Below, in pieces: positions 19,573-28,283 of a DNA stretch of 32,000 nt (position 1 is its first letter; each line of letters starts with the position of its first letter). A program made the translations under genes and the position numbers. The stretch comes from Blochmannia endosymbiont of Camponotus modoc (GTDB lineage Bacteria; Pseudomonadota; Gammaproteobacteria; Enterobacterales; Enterobacteriaceae). Under the pieces are notes generated by a model. That model saw only the letters and a list, made by a program, of their open reading frames with translations, was not told the origin of the DNA and searched no databases. The DNA lies in NCBI RefSeq assembly GCF_023585785.1, contig NZ_CP097765.1:1-32000 (forward strand). The letters run 5' to 3'.

Positions 19573-19732
19573 ACCAATATATAACCATATTATTTTATAA
19601 GAATATGAAAAACAATACAAGTACTTAATGATGATCAATGTAGTTAATAAGGCATCATTATATATAAAAATAGTGTTTTGTATAAAAATATATGTAATTT
19701 ATTCGATGATGCACAGATTGTGTGTTGATTCT

Positions 19733-19757
19733 TTTTTGTGCCATATGGACACAAAAA
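19733..19757. repeat. Imperfect hairpin TTTTTGTGCC-ATAT-GG(A)CACAAAAA (10 bp with one bulge) in the spacer between the divergent tRNA-Asn and tRNA-Ser genes
   Basis: Pairing checked by hand: 19733-19742 pairs with 19747-19757, with A19749 bulged and a central CATATG. There is no U-tract after the stem on either strand, so it is not a classical terminator. Confidence 0.4.
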
Positions 19758-19852
19758 TGGATTTGTATGAATATAATCTGTATATAACAGTATTTTAAAG
19801 ATTATTATCTTATATTAAAAAATATGTAATATTTTAGAGAATTTTTAAATAG

Positions 19853-19942
19853 GGAGAGATGCCGGAGTGGTTGAACGGAGCGGTTTCGAAAACCGTTTTA
19901 AAGAAATAATATCTTTCAAGGGTTCGAATCCCTTTCTCTCCG
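19853..19942 (+). tRNA. tRNA-Ser, anticodon CGA, 90 nt, long variable arm, CCA not encoded
   Basis: GGAGAGATGCCGGAGTGGTTGAACGGAGCGGTTTCGAAAACCG...GGGTTCGAATCCCTTTCTCTCCG, with acceptor stem GGAGAGA/TCTCTCC, anticodon loop UUCGAAA and an AT-rich variable arm (AAAGA-AATAATA-TCTTT). It resembles E. coli serU. Confidence 0.93.
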
Positions 19943-20211
19943 TTATTTTTGAGAATATAAATGTTGTATTGTATGATATTTTAAATGTCGTAATTATAAC
20001 AACAATATGAACAAATCGTATTTATTAAGGGTTTTGTGTGTTTGAGTATGATTGTTCGTGTTATTAGGGTTATTGAATAATTAATGATGATGTTTTATAA
20101 GTATCAAATGATTGTTGATGTTAATGTATATATGTGATTGTTGTCATTGTATTTTAATACATATCAAGTGGTTTATACTGTGATGTTTTTTTGAGATGAT
20201 ATGCAAAGGTA

Positions 20212-20273
20212 TTCATTTACTTATGTGTGATTCCTATGTAGGAATACATAGGAATCACACATAAGTAAATGAA
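20212..20273. repeat. Perfect 29-bp inverted repeat with a 4-nt loop (62-nt hairpin / cruciform-capable palindrome) between convergent tRNA-Ser genes
   Basis: The left arm 20212-20240 is TTCATTTACTTATGTGTGATTCCTATGTA, the loop is GGAA, and the right arm 20245-20273 is TACATAGGAATCACACATAAGTAAATGAA, the exact reverse complement. There is no flanking A/T run. Confidence 0.9.
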
Positions 20274-20399
20274 GTGATGCTCTGATAAGTATAATTTAAT
20301 TCGATTTTCTATTTTAAAAATATGACAGTATAGAGCAATAGCATCTTAAAAAAAATACTGAAGATAAAATCATACTGTGAATGTGAATATATATGATTA

Positions 20400-20491
20400 T
20401 GGCGGTGAGAAAGGGATTCGAACCCTTGATACAAAATTGTATGTATACATGCTTTCCAGGCATGCTCCTTAAGCCACTCGGACATCTCACC
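20400..20491 (-). tRNA. tRNA-Ser, anticodon GGA, 92 nt, long variable arm, CCA encoded
   Basis: The minus strand reads GGTGAGATGTCCGAGTGGCTTAAGGAGCATGCCTGGAAAGCATGTATACATACAATTTTGTATCAAGGGTTCGAATCCCTTTCTCACCGCCA. It resembles E. coli serW/serX, with anticodon loop CUGGAAA. Confidence 0.93.
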
Positions 20492-20694
20492 ATATTATTT
20501 ATTATATATATATATAATAAAATAAAAAATAATTATAAAATCTCCTGTGTTTGATTGCAGTTAAATATGATTAATCGAGTGATGTGAATTGTGCGCATGT
20601 GTTTTCGTTTAGGTATGAAAAAGATATTTGTATCCATCACAAGTTCCAGTAATTAGTAGGTAATGGTGCATTCGTATTGTTGTTTTATTATTAA

Positions 20695-21918
20695 TCACAG
20701 TTTACGTTTTTTATCATGATTATTATTAAGTAAAGATTGAAAAGAATAATACTTGAATTGACAATATAGCCCTAATAACGTAATCAGTCCTATTATACTT
20801 AAAATGATCCAAGGTAATTGCATAAAATTTTGTTCTTTCCCAATATCATACAACCATCCACTACCACTATATCCTACAGTACCTCCTAAAGCTAGACTTA
20901 ATTTACTAAAACCTATGTAACTACTACGTGCTTTATAGTCCGTTAGTAGCGCTCCCAAAGTTTCTCTTGCAGGTTCGGCAATAATAGATCCTATGTAGAA
21001 TAAGCTAATTAAAATTAGTAAAGTATGTAAGTTTTTAACTAATCCAATAGGAAATAAACTAATTATCATAGTTATTAATCCTACCATCAAGCGCGTTTCT
21101 AGTTTGAAATATTTTTCGCTCCACCAAGTTATAGGCATGATTAATAATAAAGATAAAATTGCTTCTATGATATACATCCATTTGATATATGATAATTGAC
21201 CGGATACTTCATGAATGCGAATGGGTAACATTAACATTACTTGAGCTGATAAAATATAATAACCAGTTAGAGTGAAGACATAAATCACAAATCGTTGATT
21301 ATTAAGTACCTTTTTTATTCCTTCTAATAATGAAGCGTGGGAACTAGAAATTTTATATGCAGGTAATCGCCAGGCATTAAACACTCCGGCAATAAAAAAT
21401 AATATTGCTCCGGTAAAACATACTAATTTAAAGTTATATTGCAATAACCATGTACCTAGCACAATTCCGATAATGGCGCACATACTGTCTTCTAGCATTA
21501 ATACAGAATAAAACCTCCCTAACTCCCATGGACGAACTAATTTAATTACTAGTGCAGTACGTGGAGGATCAAATAACGTACCACCTAATGCTGATAATAC
21601 GCATGATAGACATAGTAGTACGGGGGTGTTTGCAACACTCATTATAATAAATCCCAAAGTACGAATGAATAACCCAGATACAATCATAGGTTTAGCTCCT
21701 AATTTGTCAGCAAAAGCGCCACTAAAAATACCTAGTCCCTGTTGAATAAATTGTCTTAAACCTAAAGCAAATCCTACTAAGAAAGCGCCCCATCCTAGTT
21801 GTTCGACAAAATATATTGAAATTAATGGAAAAACCACATAAAACCCTATAACTACAAACATGTTATCTATAATTAAAAAATATTTACCCAATCTTCTAGC
21901 TTTAGATATTGTATACAT
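20695..21918 (-). CDS. mdtH: MFS transporter MdtH (YceL) homologue (407 aa)
   Basis: [88 protein letters not shown] and [15 protein letters not shown] are near-identical blocks to E. coli MdtH (402 aa). Confidence 0.93.
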   Translation of the reverse strand: MYTISKARRLGKYFLIIDNMFVVIGFYVVFPLISIYFVEQLGWGAFLVGFALGLRQFIQQGLGIFSGAFADKLGAKPMIVSGLFIRTLGFIIMSVANTPVLLCLSCVLSALGGTLFDPPRTALVIKLVRPWELGRFYSVLMLEDSMCAIIGIVLGTWLLQYNFKLVCFTGAILFFIAGVFNAWRLPAYKISSSHASLLEGIKKVLNNQRFVIYVFTLTGYYILSAQVMLMLPIRIHEVSGQLSYIKWMYIIEAILSLLLIMPITWWSEKYFKLETRLMVGLITMIISLFPIGLVKNLHTLLILISLFYIGSIIAEPARETLGALLTDYKARSSYIGFSKLSLALGGTVGYSGSGWLYDIGKEQNFMQLPWIILSIIGLITLLGLYCQFKYYSFQSLLNNNHDKKRKL

Positions 21919-22410
21919 GAGTCACCGTTTATGTATTTTCGTATACATTATTATTTACTGTATGCACGAAAATTATTTTAAAAATAATTATAATTTTTTA
22001 ATTTTTAAGTGTAGTGAAAATTAATATGTATCTTCTATTTTTTATGAGATATTTACATATAATAATATTGATATTGTTTACAGTTTATTTTTTTGTATAT
22101 GTTATTTTAGGCATAAAATTTTAAAAAATAGGTGTAACTATATTTATTGAAGGTTAAAAAAAATTATGCATATATGTGACATATTTATGTATAAATAATT
22201 TTGTAGAAAAATTAAAGAAGCATTTTAAGCGATCATCTTTTAAAATATGCGAAATAAGAAATATGATTTTTGTCATGGTTATTTTTTCATGAGTACTGTG
22301 TTTTATATGTATTAGTCTGCATATACTATATCAGAGATATGTAATAATTGTAATTATATGTGAACTGTATTAGCATTTTAAATATATGATTTTTAAAAAA
22401 TTTTTAAATG

Positions 22411-22431
22411 TTCTTTCGTGGAAAGAATTTT
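22411..22431 (+). terminator. Weak terminator-like hairpin TTCTTTC-GTG-GAAAGAA followed by TTTT, about 95 nt upstream of murJ
   Basis: A 7-bp stem (22411-22417 / 22421-22427), a 3-nt loop and a T4 run at 22428-22431. It is AT-rich and short, so it is of low predictive value in this genome. Confidence 0.25.
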
Positions 22432-22525
22432 AAAATTGTACATAAAATTGGAGCAATTGTTTAAGTTATAAAAAAATAGTGTTTTTGTGTTGTTGTGTTA
22501 ATACTAAATACTAAAAAATTTTAAT

Positions 22526-24070
22526 ATGATGAATCTGTTAAAGTCTTTGACTGCAATAAGTTTTATAACTATTTTATCTCGTATTTTGGGTTTTATTAGA
22601 GATACTATCATGGCTCGAATGTTTGGAGTCAGTATTATGACAGATGCATTCTTTATTGCTTTCAAATTGCCTAATTTATTAAGACGTATTTTTGCTGAAG
22701 GAGCATTCTATCAAGTTTTTCTTCCTATATTATCAGAATATCAATCTCGAGAAAGTAAAGAAGAAATACGAGTGTTTATTTCTAGAGTATCTGCCTTGTT
22801 AATAGTTACCGTAACTGTTGTAGTATTCATTGGGTTACTGATAGCACCTTGGGTTATTATGGTTATTGCTCCAGGTTTTAATAGTTCTTCAGAAAAATTT
22901 ATTATGACTATTGAGATGTTTCGAGTGATGCTTCCTTATATTTTATTAGTATCATTGACATCATTAATGGGGGCGATTTTGAATGCTTGTAATTTTTTTT
23001 TAGTTCCAGCGTTTACTCCTATTTTTTTAAATATTAGCATGATAAGTTACATGTTATTGATAGGATGTTCATATTTTCATATTCCTATTATGGGTTTAGC
23101 TTGGTCAGTTATTATAGGGGGAGTATTACAGTGTGTTTATTGTTTGCTATTTTTAAAAAAAATTAATATGTTAGTTATTCCAAAAATGCAACTTTATGAT
23201 AATAGGGTGTGTAGAATATTCCGGTCCATGGTGCCTGCTGTGATTGCGGTCTCAAGTAGTCAAATATCATTAATTATTAATACTGTTTTTGCGTCTTTTT
23301 TAATAGATGGTTCTGTTTCTTGGATGTATTATGCTGATAGATTGATGGAATTACCTATTGGAGTTTTTGGTGTAACATTAAGCACTATTTTAGTGCCATA
23401 TTTATCTCGTTTTATTTCTAGGAAAAATTATGGAGATTATCATTATTTAATGAATTGGGGTATGAGATTATGTTTTATATTAAGTTTACCTAGTGCTCTT
23501 ATTTTAGGTGTTTTTTCTGAACCATTAGTAATAACATTGTTTAAGTATGGGAAATTTTTAGAATTTGATGTGTTAATGACACAGTATTCTGTAATTGCAT
23601 ATGCAATAGGTTTGCCTGGGTTAATTTTTACCAAAGTATTAACATCTGGTTTTTATGCTCTCCGTGATATTAAAACTCCAGCGTATATAGTTGTTATTGT
23701 ACTTTTTTTTACTCAATTTATAAATTTAGTATGCATTAATACATTAAAGCATATTGTTTTTGCTTTTTCTATCAGTTTGGGTGCATGGCTAAATGCGGGG
23801 TTGTTATATTGGAAATTTAAAAAAAAATATCTATTTCAATTGCAATCTGGATGGTTATTGTTTTGTTGCCAATTAATGATTGCTCTTTTTGTAATGTGTA
23901 TAGTATGTTTAGGATTATTAGCGTATGTATCTAGTTGGGATCAAGGAAATATCTTGTATAGATTAGTTAGAATGATAGGGGCTTTGATATTAGTTAGCAG
24001 TAGTTATGGTATAATGTTATGGTGTGTAGGAATGCGTTTAAAAGATTTTATTTTTTTGAGTAAAGATTGA
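22526..24070 (+). CDS. murJ: Lipid II flippase MurJ (MviN), 514 aa (513 aa if translation starts at the second ATG, 22529)
   Basis: MNLLKSL..., SRILGFIRDTIMARMFG, TDAFFIAFKLPNLLRRIFAEGAF, SQISLIINTVFASFL..GSVSWMYYADRLMELP and GFYALRDIKTP, full length versus E. coli MurJ (511 aa). Confidence 0.95.
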   Translation: MMNLLKSLTAISFITILSRILGFIRDTIMARMFGVSIMTDAFFIAFKLPNLLRRIFAEGAFYQVFLPILSEYQSRESKEEIRVFISRVSALLIVTVTVVVFIGLLIAPWVIMVIAPGFNSSSEKFIMTIEMFRVMLPYILLVSLTSLMGAILNACNFFLVPAFTPIFLNISMISYMLLIGCSYFHIPIMGLAWSVIIGGVLQCVYCLLFLKKINMLVIPKMQLYDNRVCRIFRSMVPAVIAVSSSQISLIINTVFASFLIDGSVSWMYYADRLMELPIGVFGVTLSTILVPYLSRFISRKNYGDYHYLMNWGMRLCFILSLPSALILGVFSEPLVITLFKYGKFLEFDVLMTQYSVIAYAIGLPGLIFTKVLTSGFYALRDIKTPAYIVVIVLFFTQFINLVCINTLKHIVFAFSISLGAWLNAGLLYWKFKKKYLFQLQSGWLLFCCQLMIALFVMCIVCLGLLAYVSSWDQGNILYRLVRMIGALILVSSSYGIMLWCVGMRLKDFIFLSKD

Positions 24071-24099
24071 TATTGATGTAATAAAAGAGATATTAATTT

Positions 24100-25845
24100 T
24101 TACATATATCTTACCGTTTTAATTCCCAATAAATTTAATCCTGTTTTCAAAATACGAACAGTAATTAATGCTAATTTTAATCTACTATATTTTATATGTA
24201 TATTATGCGCTTTGATAATGGGACAGTTTTCATAAAAGGAGGAAAATAATACGGATAATTTATATAAATAAGAACACAGTATGTGAGGAGCTCCTTGATT
24301 TGATACCGCAACAATCATTTCTTCAAATTGAAGCAAACAAATTGCTAACAATATTTCTTCTTCAGTTTCTAATTGAATATTGTTTTTTTTTAATTGAAAA
24401 CTAGGTTGTTTAGATCTCTTAAAAATAGCAAAAATCCTGGTACATGCATACTGCACATAAGGTGCTGTATTTCCTTCAAAGTTTAACATGTTATTCCAAT
24501 CAAATATGTAATCTGTAATACGATTTTTTGATAGCTCAGAATATTTAATAGCTCCAATACTAATAATATGTGCTAGTTTATTAATTTCAGTATATTTTAA
24601 ATTAGGGTTTTTTCTTAATATTAAACAACGAGCGCGTTCTAAAGCTTCATCTAATAATGTTTTTAATTTCAACGCATTGCCAGATCGTGTTTTAAATGGT
24701 TTACCGTCTTTTCCAAGCAGCATACCGCACATATGGTGTTCTAATAACACTGATTTTCCTATATAACCTGCTTTATCAGCAATTTCCCATGCTTGTATTA
24801 GATGTTGTTTTTGTCGAGAATCAATATAGTAAATAATTCTATCAGCATGTAGTACCTTACAACGATATTTTATACAAGCAATATCAGTAGTGCTGTATAA
24901 ATAAGCTCCGTCTTTTTTTTGAATAATGACTCCAAAAGGAGCACCGTGTTTGTTATGATAATTTTCGAGAAATACCACAGTAGCTCCATTACTTGTAACG
25001 GCTAAGCCTTTATTTTTTAAATCTGACACAATATCAGGCAGCATATCATTGTAAAAACTTTCTCCTATAATGTCGCTTTTTTTTAAGTTAATATTCAATC
25101 GTACATATATGTTCTGATTGTTTAATATGGAAATATCTACTAGATGTTTCCATATTTGACGATAATGTTTATTGCCTTTTTGTAATTTTAGAACATAATT
25201 TCGGGACAATTCAGCAAAATCAGGATCAATATCATATTTTTTTTTAGCTTCTCGGTAAAAATGTTCTAGCGTAGATAATTGTATAGTTTTATTTAATACA
25301 AACCCAGTTTGTGTATTTTTCTCTATATAGGCGATAAGCATACCGAATTGAGTGCCCCAATCTCCTATGTGGTTGACTCGAATGACATTATGTCCTAAAA
25401 AAGATAAGACACGTGCGATACTATCTCCGATAACAGTTGAACGTAAATGCCCAACATGCATTTCTTTTGCAACATTTGGGCCGGAATAGTCAATAACAAT
25501 AGTTTTTGGTGTAGCTGGAGTAATACCTAAATGAGATGCGGAAAAAATATTATTAATTTGATTGGATATCCATGTTGGATTTAAAAATATATTAATAAAT
25601 CCTGGTTTTTCAATTTTTATTGTATGAGCAACATCATTTAAATTAATAAATTTTATGAATTTTTTAGAGAATTCTTCCACAGGTATATTGAGTTTCTTAG
25701 AGATAGCTATTAATCCATTAATTTGATAGTTTCCAAATTTTCTTTTTGTTGATTGTTGTACTTGTATCAAATGAAAAAATGATTCATTTGTAATTGCAAG
25801 TAAAGCTCGATGAATTTTTTTTAGTAAAAATTTTTGAATATTCAT
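24100..25845 (-). CDS. argS: Arginyl-tRNA synthetase (581 aa)
   Basis: MNIQ..., FGNYQING, GPNVAKEMHVGHLRSTVIGD (HIGH region), NHIGDWGTQFGMLIAY, IQKKDGAYLYSTTDIACIKYR, DGKPFKTRSGN, KYSELSKNR.TDYIFDW and the C-terminal VRYM, colinear with E. coli ArgS (577 aa). Confidence 0.96.
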   Translation of the reverse strand: MNIQKFLLKKIHRALLAITNESFFHLIQVQQSTKRKFGNYQINGLIAISKKLNIPVEEFSKKFIKFINLNDVAHTIKIEKPGFINIFLNPTWISNQINNIFSASHLGITPATPKTIVIDYSGPNVAKEMHVGHLRSTVIGDSIARVLSFLGHNVIRVNHIGDWGTQFGMLIAYIEKNTQTGFVLNKTIQLSTLEHFYREAKKKYDIDPDFAELSRNYVLKLQKGNKHYRQIWKHLVDISILNNQNIYVRLNINLKKSDIIGESFYNDMLPDIVSDLKNKGLAVTSNGATVVFLENYHNKHGAPFGVIIQKKDGAYLYSTTDIACIKYRCKVLHADRIIYYIDSRQKQHLIQAWEIADKAGYIGKSVLLEHHMCGMLLGKDGKPFKTRSGNALKLKTLLDEALERARCLILRKNPNLKYTEINKLAHIISIGAIKYSELSKNRITDYIFDWNNMLNFEGNTAPYVQYACTRIFAIFKRSKQPSFQLKKNNIQLETEEEILLAICLLQFEEMIVAVSNQGAPHILCSYLYKLSVLFSSFYENCPIIKAHNIHIKYSRLKLALITVRILKTGLNLLGIKTVRYM

Positions 25846-25930
25846 ATAAGTGTTTTAAACATATATTATTTCTATATTAGCAATATAATTAAAGATTTAA
25901 TTCTATTTATAATAAAAAATATCATAAATA

Positions 25931-25974
25931 AAAACCATATACAAGGACACAAATGTATCCTTGTATATGGTTTT
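25931..25974. terminator. Perfect 17-bp stem hairpin (AAAACCATATACAAGGA / TCCTTGTATATGGTTTT, 10-nt loop) with the shape of a bidirectional intrinsic terminator, in the divergent argS-aspS spacer
   Basis: All 17 pairs checked by hand (25931-25947 with 25958-25974). A 13-bp core is flanked by A4-5 on the left and TTTTGTTG on the right. It lies 86 nt upstream of the argS ATG and about 290 nt upstream of the aspS ATG. Confidence 0.6.
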
Positions 25975-26266
25975 GTTGTGTATTATTTATTTTAAATGAT
26001 TAAGTGTTGTAATATTATTTAAATAAATATAAGTTAAATTTAAATTATGGTTAATTTAAACAAATTTTAGTGTAGTGTAGAAAAAGGTTCTATAATGTTT
26101 TTTCAGATTATTCACATCATGTTGGAAATAGCTTTATTTTTATGAATTGTTGAAAACAAAAGCGTATATATTTTTGTCAGCTACAATATACATATGTTTA
26201 ATTGATATGTAATTTTCTGTAAAATAGATATTATCCAATTCGATATTCATGATTAGAGGTATTCGT

Positions 26267-27991
26267 ATGCGTACTGCATATTGCGGTCAATTGAATTTGT
26301 CCCATGTAGGTTTAGAAGTTACATTATGCGGTTGGATTAATAAATATCGTAATTTTGGTGGGTTAATTTTTATTGATTTGCGTGATAGAGAAGGATGTAT
26401 ACAGGTTTGTTTTGATTCACATCAAAACAAAGAAGTGTGTATATCTGCTGCTAAATTGAAACAAGAATTTTGTATACAGTTAATAGGTATGGTGCGTGCA
26501 CGCCCTAAAAACCAAATTAATAGTAATATATCTACCGGTGCTATTGAAGTAGTAGCGAAAAAATTTTCTATTCTTAATATTTCTGATCCATTACCATTGG
26601 ATATCAGTAAAAATAATATTGAAGAAAATAGATTAAAATATCGTTATCTTGACTTAAGACGTTCTATTATGTTTTATCGAATAAAAACTCGATCGCGTAT
26701 TATGTCAATTGTTCATCGTTTTATGGAATTAGAGGGATTTTTGAATATTGAAACACCGATGTTAACAAAAGTTACTCCAGAAGGTTCTCGTGATTATATT
26801 GTTCCTAGTAGATTGCACACGGGTAAAAATTATGCTTTACCTCAATCACCTCAAATATTTAAACAATTATTAATGGTTTCTGGTTTTGATAGATATTATC
26901 AAATTACTAAATGTTTTCGGGATGAAGATTCACGTGCAGATCGTCAGCCAGAGTTTACTCAAATAGATATTGAAACTTCTTTTATGACAACACAAAAAAT
27001 ACGAGAACTTATGGAAATTTTTATTCGTATCATTTGGCGTGAAATTTTAAATGTAGAACTGGGAGTATTTTCGCAGTTTACATATTCTGAAGTAATGCAA
27101 CGTTTTGGATCTGATGCTCCAGATTTGAGAAATCCAATAGAAATGTTTGATGTATCATATTTATTTAAGTCAACACAGAATAGGTTGTCATTTATTAGAG
27201 CAAATAATATTGATGTGCAGGCAATAGCTATGAAGGTACCTAATGGTAGACAATTGACACAAAGACAGATCGATGAGTATATTTATTATTCTAAACAATG
27301 TGGCTTGAAGGAATTAATGTGGGTTAAGGTTCAATTTAGTGATAATGATATTACTAAAAAAGAGATTCAAGGATCAGTCACTAATTTTATAGATAACTTA
27401 ACTTTAGATGTTATTTTAAATAAAACTAATATTAACAGTCATGACATTTTGTTTGTTGGGTTTAATGATAATAAAAACCAATCTATCACAAAAATGTTAA
27501 GTTCTTTAAGATTAAAATTAGGTAATGATCTTTGTTTAATCAAGAAAGATTCTTGGGCTCCTCTATGGGTAATAGATTTCCCGATGTTTAAAAAGAACAG
27601 TCATGGAGAATATATATCTATGCATCATATGTTTACTTCTCCAAAAAATTGTGACATTCAAATGTTAAAGAAAGATCCGTTATTAGTAACTTCAGAAGCT
27701 TATGATATGGTGATTAATGGTTGCGAGATTGGTAGTGGATCAGCACGTATTCATTCATTTGATATACAACAAGAGGTATTTAACATTTTAGGTATTACTC
27801 AAAACGATCAGAAAAAAAAATTTGGGTATTTCATGGATGCATTAAAATATGGAGCGCCTCCACATGCTGGTTTGGCATTTGGATTGGATCGGATAGCTAT
27901 GTTATTAACTGGTTCTAAGAGCATTCGGGAGGTAATTGCGTTTCCTAAAACTACGGCATCAGCGGATATAATGACTGATGCGCCTGATTAA
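26267..27991 (+). CDS. aspS: Aspartyl-tRNA synthetase (574 aa from the ATG at 26267; the ORF track starts at 26249)
   Basis: MRTAYCGQL... matches the E. coli AspS N-terminus MRTEYCGQL. AGAGG at 26255-26259 lies 7 nt upstream of the ATG at 26267. Also [76 protein letters not shown] and GLAFGLDR...[10 protein letters not shown]. Confidence 0.95.
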   Translation: MRTAYCGQLNLSHVGLEVTLCGWINKYRNFGGLIFIDLRDREGCIQVCFDSHQNKEVCISAAKLKQEFCIQLIGMVRARPKNQINSNISTGAIEVVAKKFSILNISDPLPLDISKNNIEENRLKYRYLDLRRSIMFYRIKTRSRIMSIVHRFMELEGFLNIETPMLTKVTPEGSRDYIVPSRLHTGKNYALPQSPQIFKQLLMVSGFDRYYQITKCFRDEDSRADRQPEFTQIDIETSFMTTQKIRELMEIFIRIIWREILNVELGVFSQFTYSEVMQRFGSDAPDLRNPIEMFDVSYLFKSTQNRLSFIRANNIDVQAIAMKVPNGRQLTQRQIDEYIYYSKQCGLKELMWVKVQFSDNDITKKEIQGSVTNFIDNLTLDVILNKTNINSHDILFVGFNDNKNQSITKMLSSLRLKLGNDLCLIKKDSWAPLWVIDFPMFKKNSHGEYISMHHMFTSPKNCDIQMLKKDPLLVTSEAYDMVINGCEIGSGSARIHSFDIQQEVFNILGITQNDQKKKFGYFMDALKYGAPPHAGLAFGLDRIAMLLTGSKSIREVIAFPKTTASADIMTDAPD

Positions 27992-28283
27992 TTTATGTCA
28001 TCAAGTAGAAGTGTTTAATATTGTAGTATTTATGTGGGTAGATTGGTTGTGTATTAGTAAAAATATTTAAGGAGGTCATTATAGATATTTTAAAACATAA
28101 AAGTAATCAATAGATATTACTATATGTAATTATTTGTCACAAGGTACATAAGTAATGTGATTGTTTTATTGAGAGACAGCGTTAAAATTAAAGTCATTTG
28201 TATTATTTTCTGTAATAATTTCTTTTAATTTTGGTCAGAATGATTCTCTTTTTGTTGGAGATCGTAATATAGGCTATTAATTA

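Noticed and set aside
19733-19757. Reading TGTGCC-ATAT-GGACACA as a CRP-type (TGTGA-N6-TCACA) binding site
   Set aside because: The half-sites are out of register by one base and do not match the consensus outer positions. I have no evidence that a CRP-family regulator exists in this genome. I kept it only as a hairpin observation.
20503-20516. (TA)7 microsatellite just upstream of tRNA-Ser(GGA)
   Set aside because: It is a short AT dinucleotide run of the kind expected at this base composition. It may overlap the tRNA promoter -10 region, but I could not place a credible -35/-10 pair.
23443-23634. 63-aa minus-strand ORF inside murJ
   Set aside because: It is an antisense shadow ORF within murJ.
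26249-26266. ORF-track N-terminal extension of aspS (MIRGIR...), and similarly the TTG at 18430 for the isomerase
   Set aside because: The E. coli AspS N-terminus aligns with the Met at 26267, which has AGAGG 7 nt upstream. For the isomerase, the ATG at 18439 matches the orthologue's length. The upstream starts are most likely artefacts of taking the longest ORF.
28067-28075. Perfect 9-nt Shine-Dalgarno sequence TAAGGAGGT in the aspS-mepM spacer, suggesting a missed small gene
   Set aside because: No ATG, GTG or TTG lies within a usable distance. The only reading frame (ATT/ATA start) would give about 11 codons before TAG. It is possibly the orphaned ribosome-binding site of a deleted gene, but it cannot be supported as a feature.
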